64,000 nucleotides of DNA from the human T2T-CHM13v2.0 reference genome, Homo sapiens, in NCBI RefSeq assembly GCF_009914755.1, contig NC_060925.1. One strand, given 5' to 3'. Position 1 is the first letter of the stretch. The number at the start of each line of letters is the position of its first letter. Shown in pieces: positions 62,737-64,000 of this stretch. A model generated the notes under the pieces. The model saw only the letters and a list, made by a program, of their open reading frames with translations. It made no database searches and had not been told where the DNA came from. The position numbers were made by a program, and so were the translations under genes.

Positions 62737-63847
62737 AACTTATTTCTTATAGAAAAAGAAATTTTTACATAAATATTGGATTAATGGCATTCGTGATAAA
62801 GCTGTTTCCTAAATACAAAGTCTAATACCACGGGAATTCATACAATTCAAATAAAGCAAATAGGAGAGTAGGTGTAGGAAAAGCTTTGATTTATACAATT
62901 TTATGCCGAGGAAGTTTAACTGAGAGAGAAGTTAAAAATATCTTTCTAGCATTGGTTAATAGTTAAATAGTTTTCTTAAGAAAATAACCAAGCTAGATGC
63001 ACCATCATTTTAAAAGGCTGGTGCATCTGTTCATGCACTGAGTATTCTTAATGTAGAGGAAGGTCCCACGTGGGCTTTCTGATTCTTCTGTGCTTGAACA
63101 ATGCCAGGCAAATTGGTCTGGGATTGTATTTCTCATGCTTCCACCTCGCTTTACCAATCAGTAGTGTATTAACCATCTGTACAGGGATAAAATTTACACT
63201 TGCATCTTGCAGTTTTAAAAGAGTACATTGTTTTGATATAAGGCTTTGGCACATGAAAACAACAAAAGTGAATTTTATAACTATAGAAGGACAGAGGTCT
63301 AGAAAAGTAAATAAAAGTATTGCATTTATTTGACAATAATGAAAAGTTTTTTGAAAAGCAGAAATATGTTTTTGATATATAGAGAAATTTAGAAATCTTA
63401 ATCTAGAAATTAAGTAAATAAAATCTTTACTTACTAGAGTTTTTATGTTTGGCCAGAGAATAGGATATGTTGGTAATCAAATACCATGTGTACATTATAA
63501 ATAAGATATTCTAGAAACTGAGTCTTCAAAGCACTGAAATGTGATAATATCATTGAAATAAAATAGAATGTAATGTCACCATTCAAAAATTTTGGATTAC
63601 TACATGAGTCCCAGGGTCTTCATATGGCTCTCCAGATTTGCCCCATGAACACAGAATTGAAATCCTATAATAATGAAATAATATATGAAATCCTATGATA
63701 ATTATATGGTACCGGATTAAAAAGGGAAATGTTCAGATAACAGGCATTTCTTACTAATAGAACAATGGATGGTAGAATTTACTGCATTTGATAGTGTCTA
63801 GCAGCCCATCACCACAGCTTAAAGTGTTTTCTTCAAAATTAGATTCC

Positions 63848-63857
63848 TTTTTCTTTT

Positions 63858-63897
<40 letters not shown>

Positions 63898-64000
63898 AGA
63901 CGGAGTCTCGCTCTGTCGCCCAGGCTGGAGTGCAGTGGCGGGATCTCGGCTCACTGCAAGCTCCGCCTCCCGGGTTCACGCCATTCTCCTGCCTCAGCCT
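63848..64000 (-). mobile_element. AluY, young, cut by the window edge
   Basis: Long poly(T) and near-consensus AluY right arm (gcgggatctc, gcaagctccgcc, cacgccattc). Confidence 0.95.

Noticed and set aside
63048-63333. Overlapping 68-aa and 87-aa ORFs in unique DNA
   Set aside because: No recognisable domain and no convincing splice-site pair; lengths are within chance range.

Overview
This is primate (almost certainly human) nuclear DNA, repeat-rich and apparently intergenic or intronic. I recognise no intact protein-coding gene; the protein-like ORFs in the track come from Alu, L1 ORF2, Tigger1, Hsmar1 or ERVL pol, and the rest look like chance ORFs. The window holds about 50 Alu/FLAM copies, three L1M-type blocks, a 3'-truncated Tigger1, a full-length Hsmar1 mariner, ERVL pol remnants, MaLR/ERV LTRs, MIR and L2. 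It also holds five Pol III RNA retrocopies: two U6, one 7SL, one 7SK and one Y3. The most notable structures are: (i) a full-length Hsmar1 inserted at a TA inside a U6 retrocopy, itself inside an L1, with high CpG density; (ii) a 7SK retrocopy carrying inserts apparently templated from unique DNA 2-3 kb upstream plus a self-duplication; (iii) phase-compatible minus-strand exon candidates that may mark an unannotated transcript or decayed gene; (iv) back-to-back inverted ERVL pol fragments, one with a strong CTCF-like motif. From memory only (unverified), the U6/7SL/7SK/Y order resembles human 1p22 between DIPK1A and MTF2, and the pseudogene symbols depend on that guess. I found no convincing new biological system. 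Repeat boundaries and subfamily calls were made by eye and are approximate.
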